Shown: positions 50,035-63,389, numbered from the stretch's first letter. The stretch: DNA of 64,000 nucleotides from Octopus sinensis (GCF_006345805.1 NC_043022.1:6324001-6388000), one strand, 5' to 3'. Numbers and translations: made by a program. The notes: generated from the letters alone by a model not told the origin.

Positions 50035-50790
50035 TCATTTCCAGAGATTAGCTCAGTTAATATTGATATCTCCCTTCGCAATGATTCAATTTCAGTTTCA
50101 ATTCTACTCCTCCAGTTTGATTTTCTTTTCGAATTTGGTATTGTTGGCTTTTTGGGTGTTAAACAGCATCTTTCGATTGCCTTAGCGACAGAGTAAATAA
50201 TTTCATTTCGGGTTTTAGTTGTTGTATGATTTCTTGTGTAACGCAGTTGCCAATTTTTATTTGTGTTTTATGTTGGTGTGCATTTGAGAGTTTATGGAGT
50301 GGTTCCCTATCATTCATAGTTGTATGCCCTACAACTACAAGCTCATTCAGAACTTCTTGCTTCATTTCAATGATAGATTTTCTGTGTTGTTTAACAAACA
50401 TGTGGTCTTCAAATTCTGTTTCGACATCATTTTCCGGTCTGTTTTTTCTAGGGTCATTACATTTTCCTTTTTCTTCAGGATCTTGAGTCGTTTCGGCAGA
50501 TGGTCGCCTTTCAGTTAATGCTTGTGGCCCAACATTCCTCTCCTCAGCTTCGTTATTTCTTTCCTGACTTACATTTAGGTCATTCTCTACCACTTTTTTA
50601 ATAGAGGTTAATTCTGCATCTGTGAGTTTGGTATTTCTGAAGATATCTCTTCTAACATTTGCTAATCTGTTTTCATCTAGGTTTGGTCTGGATTCCGGCT
50701 CCTCCAAATTCTGTAGGAGTTTGCGGTGTGTTTCTCTTGGGTTGGCCTACTTAATGCAAAGTAATAAGCATATATTACTTCTTTATATTC
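50035..50790 (-). mobile_element. R4/Dong-type non-LTR retrotransposon, N-terminal ORF fragment
   Basis: DENRLANVRRDIFRNTKLTDAEL matches the conserved pre-RT segment of R4-clade ORFs. Confidence 0.6.
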
Positions 50791-51094
50791 TTCCCGATTC
50801 CATTTAGTTTTTTACTTTTTTGATTTTCTGGTCGTTGTGGTGGTGAACTTTGGGGGCTTAATTTGGGACAAATCCCGTTTAAGTGACCTTCCAGGTTCGT
50901 ATTCGGGGAAGATATTCTGCCATTTGAAAAATTTTCGCCATCAGTCTGGCAGCCTCCTGACGGGCGCGCTTCCTGTATAACCATTGGACAAGCGATTCGG
51001 TGTACTGTTAGAAATTTTCTTTTCAAGTAAAGTTAAATTATTAAGTTTTCATTAAAAAAAAAAAAATTACCACCAATCTTCATACAGGAGCTTC

Positions 51095-51185
<91 letters not shown>

Positions 51186-51186
51186 C

Positions 51187-51248
<62 letters not shown>

Positions 51249-51265
51249 CTTGTGATTTGTTTCAG

Positions 51266-51470
51266 GCAACTTCCAGTCCGACTCCCTTATTGGGTGCCAG
51301 TGGAAGTAAGAAATACCAGAACAGATCCTCCAGTGATTCACGTGAAAGATTCCCGACCATTTTTCTACAATACCATTCCCAGCCAACCAAAAACGGTTTC
51401 CATCGCAGCTCACTGGAATTCGGAGACAATTTGCCGAAAACATCGAGAATCTGTGCTACGTTCTAAATGA
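51266..51470 (+). CDS. Gene 2, terminal exon (QLPVRLPYWVPVEV...KTVSIAAHWNSETICRKHRESVLRSK-stop)
   Basis: Acceptor GATTTGTTTCAG at 51265; phase 2 completes AA/G = Lys; TGA at 51468-51470. Confidence 0.85.
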
Positions 51471-51481
51471 GCAAATGAAAT

Positions 51482-51503
51482 AATAAAGGTCTTTGATAAT
51501 AAA
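51482..51503 (+). terminator. Polyadenylation signals of gene 2
   Basis: AATAAA at 51482-51487 and 51498-51503, 12-30 nt after the stop codon. Confidence 0.65.
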
Positions 51504-51689
51504 TGATTTTATTCCAAACTTTAGCAAATAAAGGGGGGTTGAGGGGGTTGGTCGACTACACTAACACAAATAGTCGACTCGGACTTTATCTTATCGAACA
51601 CCTCCCACCCCACCCCGAAAGGATGAAAGGCAGGATTTGAACTCAAAACTTCGAGCCGGAAGAAATGTCGCTAAGCATTCTTATAATTA

Positions 51690-52100
51690 TTATTTTCCGA
51701 TTAATTTGCATTTTATTTCATCTTCTGACCGAGTCTCAACCAAAGATCTAAGAAATGTATGAGATGGAAAGAAACTGACTGAGAATGTGATGTCGGCGGC
51801 TGGTGTCAACACAATTCCTTGAGTCTCAAAGATTGTTGGTTTCCCAGGGATCCGGTCAAAAACATTTGTCACTGCCTTTCATCATTCCCAGGGTACCCAC
51901 AACAACAGGGGTGGTTTTGGTTTTTAAATGCCATACCCCAGATATATCAATCTCAAGCTCCTTATAGTTCTACATTTTTTTTTGAGAAACTGTCGAAATA
52001 TTACTATTATTATTATTATTCTATGTTTGACTTTTGCTTTATGTCTGTACAAGTTGGCTCCAAGTCTCACCCAGAGACCTCAAGAGACAACAGGTTGGAA
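51690..52100 (-). mobile_element. R4-type LINE 3' end fragments
   Basis: PVVVGTLGMMK...IPGKPTIFETQGIVL motif and a GTCTCTTGAGGTCTCTGGGTGAGACTTGG 3' UTR. Confidence 0.55.
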
Positions 52101-52458
52101 GTTCTGTGCCATATATTTGGGGGTTTTTTGTTTGTTTTTTTTTGGGGGGGGGGGGTTGTGTTGTACATAAAAATTATTTTTAAAAAAATTATTAAAAAAA
52201 TTAAAATAAAAAAAATTAAAATAATAATAATAATTATTATTATTATAACTAATATTGTTGTTGTTGTTATTAGTTGTATTTTGGGAGAACTGGTGCCTTC
52301 AAAGGGATTACCAGAAAGATTACCTCGCTTCTGTTTAATCAAAACAAGCTTTCGAACATTTTCATATCCCAACTATATTTCCCTGTCATCCCGTTTGCCC
52401 TGAGATCGAAAAAGAAGACATTCTGTCATTAAGCCTTAAATATATATATATATATATA

Positions 52459-52886
52459 TACAAGATAAGAAAATGGAGAAATACATCTAAATCAAATATC
52501 AATTACCAGATAATACTCAATCACATACTTTATTGAACCACCACATAAGAGACTGTAGGGTTAAATATAAAAAGCAGAACAAATCAGTGTACATAAAGGA
52601 ATATACATAAAAAAGTGTACCGAAACAGCTATAAGATATAATCTATACTTATATTTATATTTACTTATATTTATATTCTCTTTTTTATATATATTCTACT
52701 TATTATACAACATTACTCTTTTATGTACACTTTTTTATGTACATTCCTTTATGTACACTGATTTGTTCTGCTTTTTATATTTAACCCTACAGTCTCTTAT
52801 GTGGTGGTTTAATAAAGTATGTGATTGAGTATTATCTGGTAATTAATATTTGATTTAGATGTATTTCTCCATTTTCTTATCTTGTA
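52459..52886. mobile_element. 162-bp inverted repeat with 104-bp spacer, Penelope-like
   Basis: Arms 52459-52620 and 52725-52886 are near-perfectly complementary; CGAAACAGCT follows the left arm. Confidence 0.6.
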
Positions 52887-53559
52887 TTAGTAATTTGTGG
52901 TAAATCATTTTACCTTTGCCCATATAATACAGTAAATGAATTGATTGCATCGCAATCATTAACATTTATGTATTAACTTTGTTGGGTACTTCATTAGCAG
53001 TATATTGGATATATGTTATCCCATGGAGGGTTGCATTTACAACCCCTATCTCAATTTGTATATATATATATTATATTATATTATATTATATTATATTATA
53101 TTATATTATATTGAAAGCATTCGTTTGCTTATATATTAATGTGGTCTATTCCACCGAGGTGGCGGTAAGCGAGGCTAACCGAAAAGGTAAGTAATGGGTT
53201 CGTATCTGTCCCTTTTAAGATTTGAAGATATTTTCGAAAATTTTGTAAAGAAAAGCATCATTTTTCTTTTTTTAATAAAGCTGACAAAGTAAAGTGACAA
53301 AACAAATATTCACATTTGTCCTGATCTGGCGGCAGTCGTGAATATTTCACGGAATTAATGGTAAGCCTAATTGGTTATTTCTGAAAACTTTATCTAAAAA
53401 AGGAACAGAAAACGTAGCCTCTGTTGTGTCTGAGTCGTTCATCTGCTACACATTGAAAACTGAAAGAAATTGGAATACGATGATTACTTGATGCACTTTG
53501 TATATACACTTTATGCATTTTGTATATACACTTTATGCACAATTTTATAGACTTATAAA

Positions 53560-54050
53560 TCTTCATGGATTGATTATAAAAAAGCCTTTGACAGCATACC
53601 GCATTCGTGGATTCAGAAATCGCTGGACATTTTCAAAATTTCTCCTGTGATTTCAGATTTTTTAAAGTATAATATATCACTATGGAACACGAAGTTCCAA
53701 TTATATCATTCTAATTGAGTATTGTGCTCAAACAACATTAGCATAAACTGTGGAATTTTCCAAGGTGACTCACTTTCACCACTAATTTTCTGCATAGCAC
53801 TAATACCGCTCTCAAGTGAACTGAATAGAACAGGATATGGCTACAAAATTGACAATAGGAAAATAAGCCATCTATTTTATATGGATGATTTAAAGCTATA
53901 TGGCAAAGATGATGAAGAGCTTGAAGGATTATTACATACCGTGAAAGGATTCAGTGATGATATCGGGATGGAGTTTGGCCTTGAAAAGTGTGCCAAAGCC
54001 ACTTTTAAGAAAGGGAAATTGGTAAAGTCAAAATATGCACTCTCAAAATA
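53560..54050 (+). mobile_element. R4/Dong-type reverse transcriptase fragment
   Basis: DYKKAFDSIPHSWI, GIFQGDSLSPLIFC, HLFYMDDLKLY and GMEFGLEKCA motifs. Confidence 0.9.
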
Positions 54051-54364
54051 ATTATTCACTCTTAGTTTTCCGTTTTTCCCTATAAACAAAACAAAAATAT
54101 CCCATACGTATGATACGACCTTTATATAAATTGCATATATCTTCCACGTAAATAAGCGTGAATATTTCATGGAATAGCACTTATGCGCATGCGTTAGGCG
54201 ATGGGTGTTATAAAAATGAGTTCAATTAAAAGAAAATACACTTTTCCCAATCCAACGATTGGGAAATTGATTATTAGAAACTAAACCCGATGCATTGAAA
54301 GGTGTTATTTCCATGGAACGAAGAAGATGTAGGGGAGAGTGTGACTAATGGCCATAACGAAAGG

Positions 54365-54870
54365 CACTTATTTGATCGACCCCGAAAGAATGAAAGGCAA
54401 AGTCGACCTTGGCGGAATTTGAACTCAGAACGTAGCGGCAGACGAAATACCTATTTCTTTACTACCCACAAGGGGCTAAACACAGAGGGGGCAAACAATG
54501 ACGGACAAACGGATTAAGTCGATTATATCGACCCCAGTGCGTAACTGGTACTTATTTAATCGACCCCGAAATGATGAAAGGCAAAGTCGACCTCAGCGGA
54601 ATTTGAACTCAGAACGTAGCGGCAGACGAAATACCTATTTCTTTACTACCCACAAGGGGCTAAACACAGAGAGGACAAACAATGACGGACAAACGGATTA
54701 AGTCGATTATATCGACCCCAGTGCGTAACTGGTACTTATTTAATCAACCCCGAAAGGATGAAAGGCAAAGTCAACCTCGGCGGAATTTGAACTCAGAACG
54801 TAACGGCAGACGAAATACCGCTAAGCACTTCGCCCAGCGTGCTAACGTTTCTGCCAGCTCGCCACCTTAA
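54365..54870 (-). mobile_element. Type B SINE trimer array
   Basis: One head plus repeated 184-bp units joined at AAATAGGTATTTCG. Confidence 0.88.
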
Positions 54871-55762
54871 ATGATGGTGGTGTGTCACACATCTGCGTAC
54901 CATTCGCTGCTTCGATCTGTGGCCTTTAGAAGGCAAAAGATGACAGAGATACTGGAAAGGACAGAGAATTTTGGTTGGTCGCTACCTTCACGGCGCACTC
55001 TTGGCAGCTTTTGCCCGTCGACATACTGTTACCGTTGGTTGCGGGTGTGGCATACGAGTTCTGACGATCCCCGATAACCAGAAAGATATTTAAGAACTGC
55101 ACCGTATCGTTGGTGCAGAGAGAGAATCGGTAAGACTGGTTGTTGCAGGGCAGAAAACCCCTGCTGTTACCTGTGTAACAATAAAATCCACTTGGTATTG
55201 GGGAGAGGTTAATTTTGCGGGGCTAGAAAGGCAGAGGACGAGGAGAGGGGGCAATGGACAGCAACAGAGCCAACAACAACAATAACAGGAGAACGAAGAG
55301 AGGCGATCGACTACAACAAAAAAAACAAAAAAATAGAAGGAGCAGGACCCAGAAATTGTAGTCTCCAGAAAACCCACCGGTCCAAAATCTGATGATGGCT
55401 GAAAAACATTCCTCGGGTTAGGTGTTGGGTGCCGATGCCTTAGAGACCGACCAGGGCCAGACAGGGGCCTCCTCGCACCACTACACCCACCACCTTGTGA
55501 TGACAAAGAACTAATAGAGGCTGAAGTGACAAGAAAGGACTGATGGCAAAAAGGTAAAAAAAAAAGAGCAAAAACCGTAAATATGAAGCGAAACCAAAGT
55601 TGTTCAAGACGTGCCGGAATATTTCCAGTTGTCTTTCAGAACGCGAGAAATACACAGATTTTCCCATCACAGCAGCGCTCCCCATTGATTAGCTGAAGAA
55701 CCTCCAGTTTCCACTTAGAGTATTGACTACCAAGAAGATGAATGTCACAACACAGGAGTACC

Positions 55763-56170
55763 TATTTCTTTATTACCCACAAGGGGCTAAACATAGAGGG
55801 GACAAACAAGGACAGACATAGGTATTAAGTTGATTACATCGACCCCAGTGCGTAACTGGTACTTAATTTATCGACCCCGAAAGGATGAAAGGCAAAGTCA
55901 ACCTCGGCGGAATTCGAACTCACAACGTAACGACAAGCGAAATACCCATTTCTTTATTACCCACAAGGGGCTAAACATAGAAGGGACAAACAAGGACAGA
56001 CATAGGTATTAAGTCGATTACATCGACCCCAGTGCGTAACTGGTACTTAATTTATCGACCCCGAAAGGATGAAAGGTAAAGTCGACCTCGGCGGAATTTG
56101 AACTCACAACGTAACGCAGACGAAGTACCGCTAAGCATTTCGCCCGGCGTGCTACCGTTTCAGCCAGCTT
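55763..56170 (-). mobile_element. Type B SINE dimer array
   Basis: Internal junction at GGTATTTCG; the outer 3' flank begins GGTAC. Confidence 0.85.
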
Positions 56171-56724
56171 GCCAATCGATTATTATGCGTCGACGAGGAA
56201 TGACTGGAAGGTGAAGTAGGAATTGTAATCGATGGCCAAAAAGAGAAAAAAAGGAAGGTAGAAAGAGAAAAGAAATGGACCCAAACAAAATTTTACCCAG
56301 GAACTGGAAACTGGGAATATTTACTTTAAAAGATCCGACAGGAATGTTGATACAGTTTCTGGAATTTCCTGGTTGTTGAGTCGAGCGGACGATTAACCAT
56401 AACTTTGATCTCTCTATTGCCCAAGACCCACCAACCAACTGCAGAAATTTCAAAAAGCATTCACCAATAAACAGCGCTGGATTAACCGTTGAGCTAAATA
56501 AGCACGTGTTTAGGGCATCAAGGGAAGGGGGAAGGGCATCACAGAAATAGTAAATGGCTTACAGCACAAAAGAAATCACTTTAAATTTGCTAAATTACTC
56601 AAATCAGGCGAACAAACATTTGTATTTCTATCCAAAATGTAAATAATGGGAACCTAATTCAGTTGGGATACAAATATAGGGCTCTGAAGTAAACTGGATT
56701 TCTAATCTTTTCTACTCTAGGCAC

Positions 56725-57275
56725 AAGGCCTCAAACTTGGGGGAAGGGATTAAGTCAATCACATCGACCCCAGTGCATAACTGGTACTTATTTTATCGAC
56801 CCCGAAACGATGAAAGGCGGAATTTGAACTCAGAACGTAACGGCAGCCGAAATACCTATTTCTTTACTACCCACAAGGGGCTAAACGCAGAAGGGACAAA
56901 CACGGACAGACAAACGGATTAAGTCAATTACATCGACCCCAGTGCGTAATTGGTACTTATTTAATCGGCACCGAAAGAATGAAAGGCAAAGTCGACCTTG
57001 GCGGAATTTGAACTCAGAACGTAGCGGCAGAAGAAATACCTATTTCTTTACTACCCACAAGGGGCTAAACACAGAGAGGACAAACAAGGACAGACAAACG
57101 GATTAAGTCAATTATATCGACCCCAGTGCATAACTGGTACTTATTTAATCGACCCCGAAAGGATGAAAGGCAAAGTCGACCTCGGCGGAATTTGAACTCA
57201 GAACGTAACGGCAGACGAAATACCGCTAAGCACTTCGCCCGGCGTGCTAACGTTTCTGCCAGCTCGCCGCCTTAA
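56725..57275 (-). mobile_element. SINE array: two type B units ending in an older type A unit
   Basis: Same architecture as the 21311, 42420 and 63390 arrays. Confidence 0.85.
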
Positions 57276-58166
57276 ACTGAATTTCTAATACCCTATAAAT
57301 TGCCAGCATTCTAAAATAAGCCATAATTCTCTTATGCGCATACAATTACTTATATGTAAGTGTTATTCTTCTTGTTTGAGACATAAAATGTTGGATAACC
57401 TCATCGTACAACGAACCACTTTGTTATTAGTTTTGAAAACAAATTGAGATCGAAGTTATTGGATGATATTGGAAGAAAAAAGTTACTGTGAAACAAATTG
57501 GTTTTACTTTGTGAATCTTGAATTGATTTAAACGTACGACTTCTCGGCACGAAAACGAACATGCGACCGTGCTTGTCAAAGCTGTCGCACACCCTTTGCC
57601 AGTAATTCTTTGCCATTCATCCATTATCCTACGATTCACGCGGTACCATATTATGATACAATGCGCTGTGAGTTGTGAAGTGTTATTTGAGGACTCCCAA
57701 TGCCAGCAAATTTCAAGCAGAGGTATAATGAATTTGCCATTTTCGATGGGTGAGCAGCACACACCTAGCACACCCGGAGTATCCACCCATGAGTCTCTTG
57801 TACAGTTGTACAAATGCCTCCCAAACTGTGAACAAAGCTTAACCGAAGTTCCTCATGGACTCTCGCCCCGATGTGGCCAGCTGTAGCAACAACGTAATAT
57901 TAACGAGGGATTGGTTGTCTTGTTAGATTAATGTTGAGTTAAATCCTTCTGCATGGAAAAAGTTGACTTCGAAAGACTGGGTCCCTAGCCAGGAGAAGAT
58001 TTCTCTCTCATCAACTTAATGCCTCGGAAACCACCAAATAAACAAGCAACAATCCATCAGCAACTAAACGGCACTTGGACATCTTTTGCAAAATGGCACA
58101 AAAAATTCTGAGGTTTTGGCTTTTACTGTTTCATAATCATCATCGTCATTATTATTTTTATTATTA

Positions 58167-58630
58167 AGGCGACGAGCTTGGCAGAATGGTTAGCACATCG
58201 GGCGAAATGCTTAGTGCTATTTCGTCTGTCGCTACGTTCTGAGTTCAAATTCTGGCCAGGTTGACTTTGCTTTTCGTCCTTTCGGGGTCGATGAAATAAG
58301 TACCTATTTCTTTACTACCCACAAGGGGCTAAACACAGAGGGGACAAACAAGGACAGACAAACGGATTAAGTCGATTATATCGACCCCAGTGCGTAACTG
58401 GTACTTATTTAATCGACCCCGAAAGGATGAAAGGCAAAGTCGACCTCGGCGGAATTTGAACTCAGAACGTAGCGGCAGACGAAATGCCGCTAAGCACTTC
58501 TCCCGGCCCACTAACGATTCTGCCAGCCCCTCGCCGCCTTACGATGAAATAAGTAGCATTGAAACCCTGGGGTCGATATAGTCGACTAGCTCCCTCCCTC
58601 CCTCCCTCCCCCAAATTTCAGCCCTTGTGC
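58167..58630. mobile_element. Type B SINE (minus, 58305-58541) inserted antisense into a type A SINE (plus)
   Basis: 16-bp TSD CGATGAAATAAGTA(C/G)C at 58289-58304 and 58542-58557; the target reads GGTAC on the minus strand. Confidence 0.88.
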
Positions 58631-59169
58631 CTTCAGTAGGAAGGATTATTACGCATAGAGAGATAATTTGCATCTAAGAAAGGGCAGGAATTGAACGTTG
58701 AACGAAGAGCAAAAGATGAATAATGTGTGCGTGCGCGCGCAGATACACACACGCTCGCACCTGTATATAAAAGATTCTCGTGAAGGACGGAGTTCTTTTA
58801 TATTGTCCATTCCTCACCCAGACGGACAGACACAAGTCTTCCACAAAAAAAAAAAAAAAAAAAAATTATCTATCTTCCCCCACCCCACCCCAAAAATATT
58901 TATTTATTCGGAAGACAATATTTGTTGACTTTACTCGCAGAACCATGAGGAACGCCGTTGCCAGTAAGGCTGACCACTTTTTTTTTTTCCAATTCATTCA
59001 GTTTATTTCTTCACTTTCTGTTTTCTGTTCTCGGTTCAGTCAGATATCGATTAATGTGTTCGATAAAATAACTTGACTTACGGCCAAATACTGGAACTGA
59101 GTTGATCGAGTGTCCTGTATTCCACTTCTCCTTCAAATATGTCACTTTCTGTCTCAAAATCCATATATC

Positions 59170-59203
<34 letters not shown>

Positions 59204-60534
59204 AAGGGTAAAGACCCCCTTCGGTCATGAATGACCATGGGATTGCACCTAGAAAGTTACCCTCCTAGACACAAGTCCAGGCAAGGTTGTTTATGGAAGA
59301 CCAGCAGTCGCCCATGCATACCAGCCTCCCCTCTCCACGCCACCAGTGTTATCCAAGGGAAAGACAAAGGTCGATACAGCCTGGCACCAGTGACGTCGCA
59401 ACTCATTTCTACAGCTGAGTGAACTGGAGCAACGTGAAATAAAGTGCCTTGCTCAAGAACTCAACACATATATATATATATTAAGCATGTATATATTGTC
59501 GTGACGAATCCATACTTCCGCTGTTAATGTCTCGAATTAATTTATAAATGTTTTACTATGTTGCTAAGAATCTCACTTTAAAACCAGGAAGTGGCGTAGC
59601 TAGAGTGTGTGCGACTAACAAAGTAGACACGAAAGTGCCTCCCGCATTGAAGTGCCACCTGGGACTGATAGTCTCTATTGCCCCTGCACCGTTACCTACG
59701 CTCTTGCAACCACATGGTTGTAGGTTCAAGCCTACGATACGGCATCTTTGACAAATGTCTTCGGCCGTATCCTCAGATTGGCCAAAACCTTGCAACGAAA
59801 ATCTGGTAAACGGAAACGATGTGGAAACCCATCAGAGCAGACCTTTCCCTTTGTTTATGTGTGATTGGCGTTAACCTGGTTTAACACCACCACCCTGTCT
59901 TTGTATATCTTTATTGGAGTCCACTCAATGGCTGGTCTTCAAACCAGGTCCCTTATTTAAAGACACTTACCCCATACATACGGCAACACTCGAAGACCTG
60001 GCATTGGGTTTCCACCTTTTGAATGTTCTTTGTTTCTAAACTATACTGATTGGGTTTTTGTTTTTCATTTTCCTGTGACACACACACACACACTGATTTC
60101 ACTAAGTGATACTAATAACCGGATGTTCAATATCCATATGCTTCAGGAAGAAGCGTCAGTTGAGAACAGAACGGTAATAAGGAACTCGAATGACAAAAGA
60201 GTAAACAATTCTGTTATGTACATCATTAGCTGACAGCTGTTTCTGCTATGAGAAGCAATGCACTCGTAGTTGGATACTTGAGTATTGCTCCAGTGCTTCA
60301 TCAGAGCTTCAAACACGAAGTGCATTTTTGGGAAAGCATTTACACACACACACAAGCATTAACCAGCAAAAAAGCATAACATATGTAGAAAATGCCGACA
60401 CAAATTTCATGTTACCATTCTGTTCTCGACCGACGCTTCGTTCCGAAGCAAACGTACATTGACTTCTGACCAGGTTATTAACAGCACAATTCCCACGCAA
60501 AACATTAATGTATGTATATATATATATATATATA

Positions 60535-60928
60535 GGCGCAGGACTGGCTGTGTGGTAAGTAGCTTGTTTACCAGCCACATGGTTCCGGGTTCAGTCCCAC
60601 TGCGTGGCACCTTGGGCAAGTGTCTTCTACTATAGCCTCGGGCCGACCAAAGCCTTGTGAGTGGATTTGGTAGACGGAAACTGAAAGAAGCCTGTCGTAT
60701 GTATGTATATATATATATATATGTGTGTTTGTGTGTCTGTGTTTGTCCCCCTAGCATTACTTGACAACCGATGCTGGTATGTTTATGTCCCCGTAACTTA
60801 GCGGTTCGGTAAAAGAGACCGATAGAATAAGTACTGGGCTTACAAAAGAATAAGTCCCGGGGTCGAGTTGCTCGATTAAAGGCGGTGCTCCAGCATGACC
60901 GCAGTCAAATGACTGAAAAGAGTAAAGA

Positions 60929-60930
<2 letters not shown>
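60535..60930 (+). mobile_element. Full-length CORE-type SINE
   Basis: Near-identical to 10048-10470. Confidence 0.92.
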
Positions 60931-60973
<43 letters not shown>

Positions 60974-61154
60974 TACATCAGCTCTGAGCTGAAACTAGAG
61001 AGAAAGATATACACATACACACACACATTTAATATTTCGCTCATAGGTGGAAACCCAATCTTTTTCTGGGTACATGAAGTACATGACCTCAAAGTAGTTT
61101 ATATGGGTGGGGCGTGGTGGGATTGAATTGGCTGTCACTGTATTATCACTATTA

Positions 61155-61408
61155 TTGGGTTGGTGCATAATTATTGCGGCTTTTTTTCAACAAATTTTAT
61201 TCCACAAAAACAACAACATGTAACAAAAACATCTTGAAATGATTATTCCGGAGCATATTCACCATCTACTTCAATTGCTGCTTCCCATTTGCTTGGCAGA
61301 CGGTCAGACTGTCATTTAAAGATGTCTTTGTTAAATATTTTTATTGTTTTTGTTGAATAAAATTTGTTGGCAAAGAAAAAAAGCCACAATGATTATGCAC
61401 CAACCAAA
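61155..61408 (-). mobile_element. Internally deleted mariner (MITE), 254 bp
   Basis: TIRs TTGG(G/T)TTGGTGCATAAT(T/C)ATTG flanked by TA; retains transposase C-terminus RLPSKWEAAIEVDGEY. Confidence 0.85.
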
Positions 61409-61788
61409 TAGTTACTGTTGATGACCATCACGTCGAAAAGATGAAGCACAAGATGGATGAACCCTTGTAGTTTTGAACTCAATGTAAACGGCTACAATTA
61501 AACATCCTCAATGAGTGTGTGGTCCTGACGGGGTGCGGTTAATTGATAAGCTAGCAAGATTTAAGCTGTTTTAATTTGACATTTTGTCGTAACTTTTTGT
61601 AGTTTCCATTTGATTAATACCAGATTTAGCTTTATCTTATCTTGAGTGGATATAATTACTGTTTCATGGGGGCTTTAGCCCTTAATGATCCCAACGGTGA
61701 GTAGCCCAGACCTTACCTACCAAATGGATAAAATTTCAAAAGCCATTTTTTTTCTAAAAAAAAAATACCGTCAGAGATTTTAACTACC

Positions 61789-61998
61789 TATTTCTTTATT
61801 ACCCACAAGAGGCTAAACACAGAGGGGGACAAACAAGGACAGACATAGGTATTAAGTCGATTACATCGACCCCAGTGCGTAACTGGTACTTAATTTATCG
61901 ACCCCGAAAGGATGAAAGGCAAAGTCGACCTCGGCGGAATTTGAACTCACAACGTAACGCAGACGAAATACCGCTAAGCATTTCTGCCAGCTCGCCGC
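61789..61998 (-). mobile_element. Type B SINE with 17-bp TSD
   Basis: CAGAGATTTTAACTACC at 61772-61788 and 61999-62015; the target reads GGTAG on the minus strand. Confidence 0.9.
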
Positions 61999-62346
61999 CA
62001 GAGATTTTAACTACCGAGCACCCCTTTGCGTATTATGTCCCTGCTTTTTGGAAAGACCACACTAAGGATATCCCATCCTATTTTGTGTTCGCGTGTGTTG
62101 GAGGATTCTAGAAAATCTTGTCCCTAACTTTCGCATGCAAAAACAAGTGATAACAACACTCAAGTCTGATTGCACAAACTGATGATCAACGGCTTTCCAT
62201 CCATGAGCACTCCATCATATTTATCCGTGACTGCATTATCCAGCGTGACCTATTTTCAGTGGCAGATTGAGATTCGAGATTTGCTGCTATTCCTAGCAGG
62301 TCGAACGACCATACATAGGTTAGTTAGGGTTAGTTCGTATTGGCTA

Positions 62347-62732
62347 TGGAAGCACTCCGTCGGTTACGACGACGAGGGTTCCGGTTGATCCGAATCAACG
62401 GAACAGCCTGCTCGTGAAATTAACGTGTAAGTGGCTGAGCACTCCACAGACACGTGTACCCTTAACGTAGTTCTCGGGGATATTCAGCGTGACACAGAGA
62501 GTGACAAGGCCGGCCCCTTGAAATACAGGTACAACAGAAACAGGAAGTAAGAGTGAGAGAAAGTTGTGGTGAAAGAGTACAGCAGGGATCACCACCATTC
62601 CCTGCCGGAGCCTCGTGGAGCTTTTAGGTGTTTTCGCTCAATAAACACTCACAACGCCCGGTCTGGGAATCAAAACCACGATCCTATGACCGCGAGTCCG
62701 CTGCCCTAATCGCTGGGCCATTGCGCCTCCAC
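62347..62732 (-). mobile_element. Full-length copy of the 14452 SINE family
   Basis: About 95% similar to 14452-14840 by eye; possible TSD AGTTCGTATT (62332-62341, 62735-62744). Confidence 0.9.
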
Positions 62733-63389
62733 CAAGTTCGTATTAATAAATGTAGAAAGATAGTGAAAGGCCGACTTCCGACCTTCTGCGTTCAAATCCA
62801 GCTACAGTTGTCTTGGCTCTTTTTTCTTTTCTTTTTTTCTTTTTTTTTTCTTTTTTTTTTACCTTCCAGATTTCATTTAAAACGGGTCCAGGGCAGGTAG
62901 ACATGGTTTTACGCAAAGAAATACCCCGAAATGTTTGAATGGTCTGTGGGCTCGTGAAGGGTTAACACGTGGTTAACACAGCTAGTGATAACAACCACCA
63001 CATGTCACTCTAAGGAACTCGACCTTTTTTCCTACTCCAGGTACATGACCTCAAAGTAATTTTGGTGGCTAGGGCACGGTAGGATTGAATCGACTGTCAC
63101 TATATTATCACTGTTATTGGTTATTGTCGAAAAAATGGATGAACCCTTGTAGTTTTGAATTCGATGTAAAAGGCTAGAATTAAACATCGCAAGGTATTTA
63201 GACCCTCAATCCATTTCGCCAGTCCACCCGTGACCTAAATATTAATTCTTAATTTAGTCACAAGACAAAACTCCAATTTTGGTGGTGGGAACTTGCGGAT
63301 TATATCGGTTCAACTGTTTGCTTGGCAACATTAGCAGACTTGTTGGAGCATCGAACCAAAAAGAGTTTCAATGTTTAGTAAAGAAAAGA

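Noticed and set aside
55080-56480. 138-aa minus ORF and purine-rich plus-strand sequence split by a SINE array
   Set aside because: Low-complexity, with no motif. It looks like a decayed retroelement ORF1, but I cannot assign it.
54365-57275. Regularly spaced direct repeats superficially like a CRISPR array or tRNA gene cluster
   Set aside because: The units are 180-230 bp SINE bodies with no unique spacers, no cas genes and no full cloverleaf; the context is eukaryotic.
57430-58130. 105- and 128-aa ORFs
   Set aside because: Probably a degenerate L1/Tx1-like 3' fragment (C..C...ET-like remnant on the minus strand); too decayed to call, with no splice support.
61080-63190. Two roughly 80%-similar blocks at about 61080-61500 and 63040-63190
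   Set aside because: Old dispersed repeat copies, one split by a mariner MITE; no termini or coding signal to define them further.
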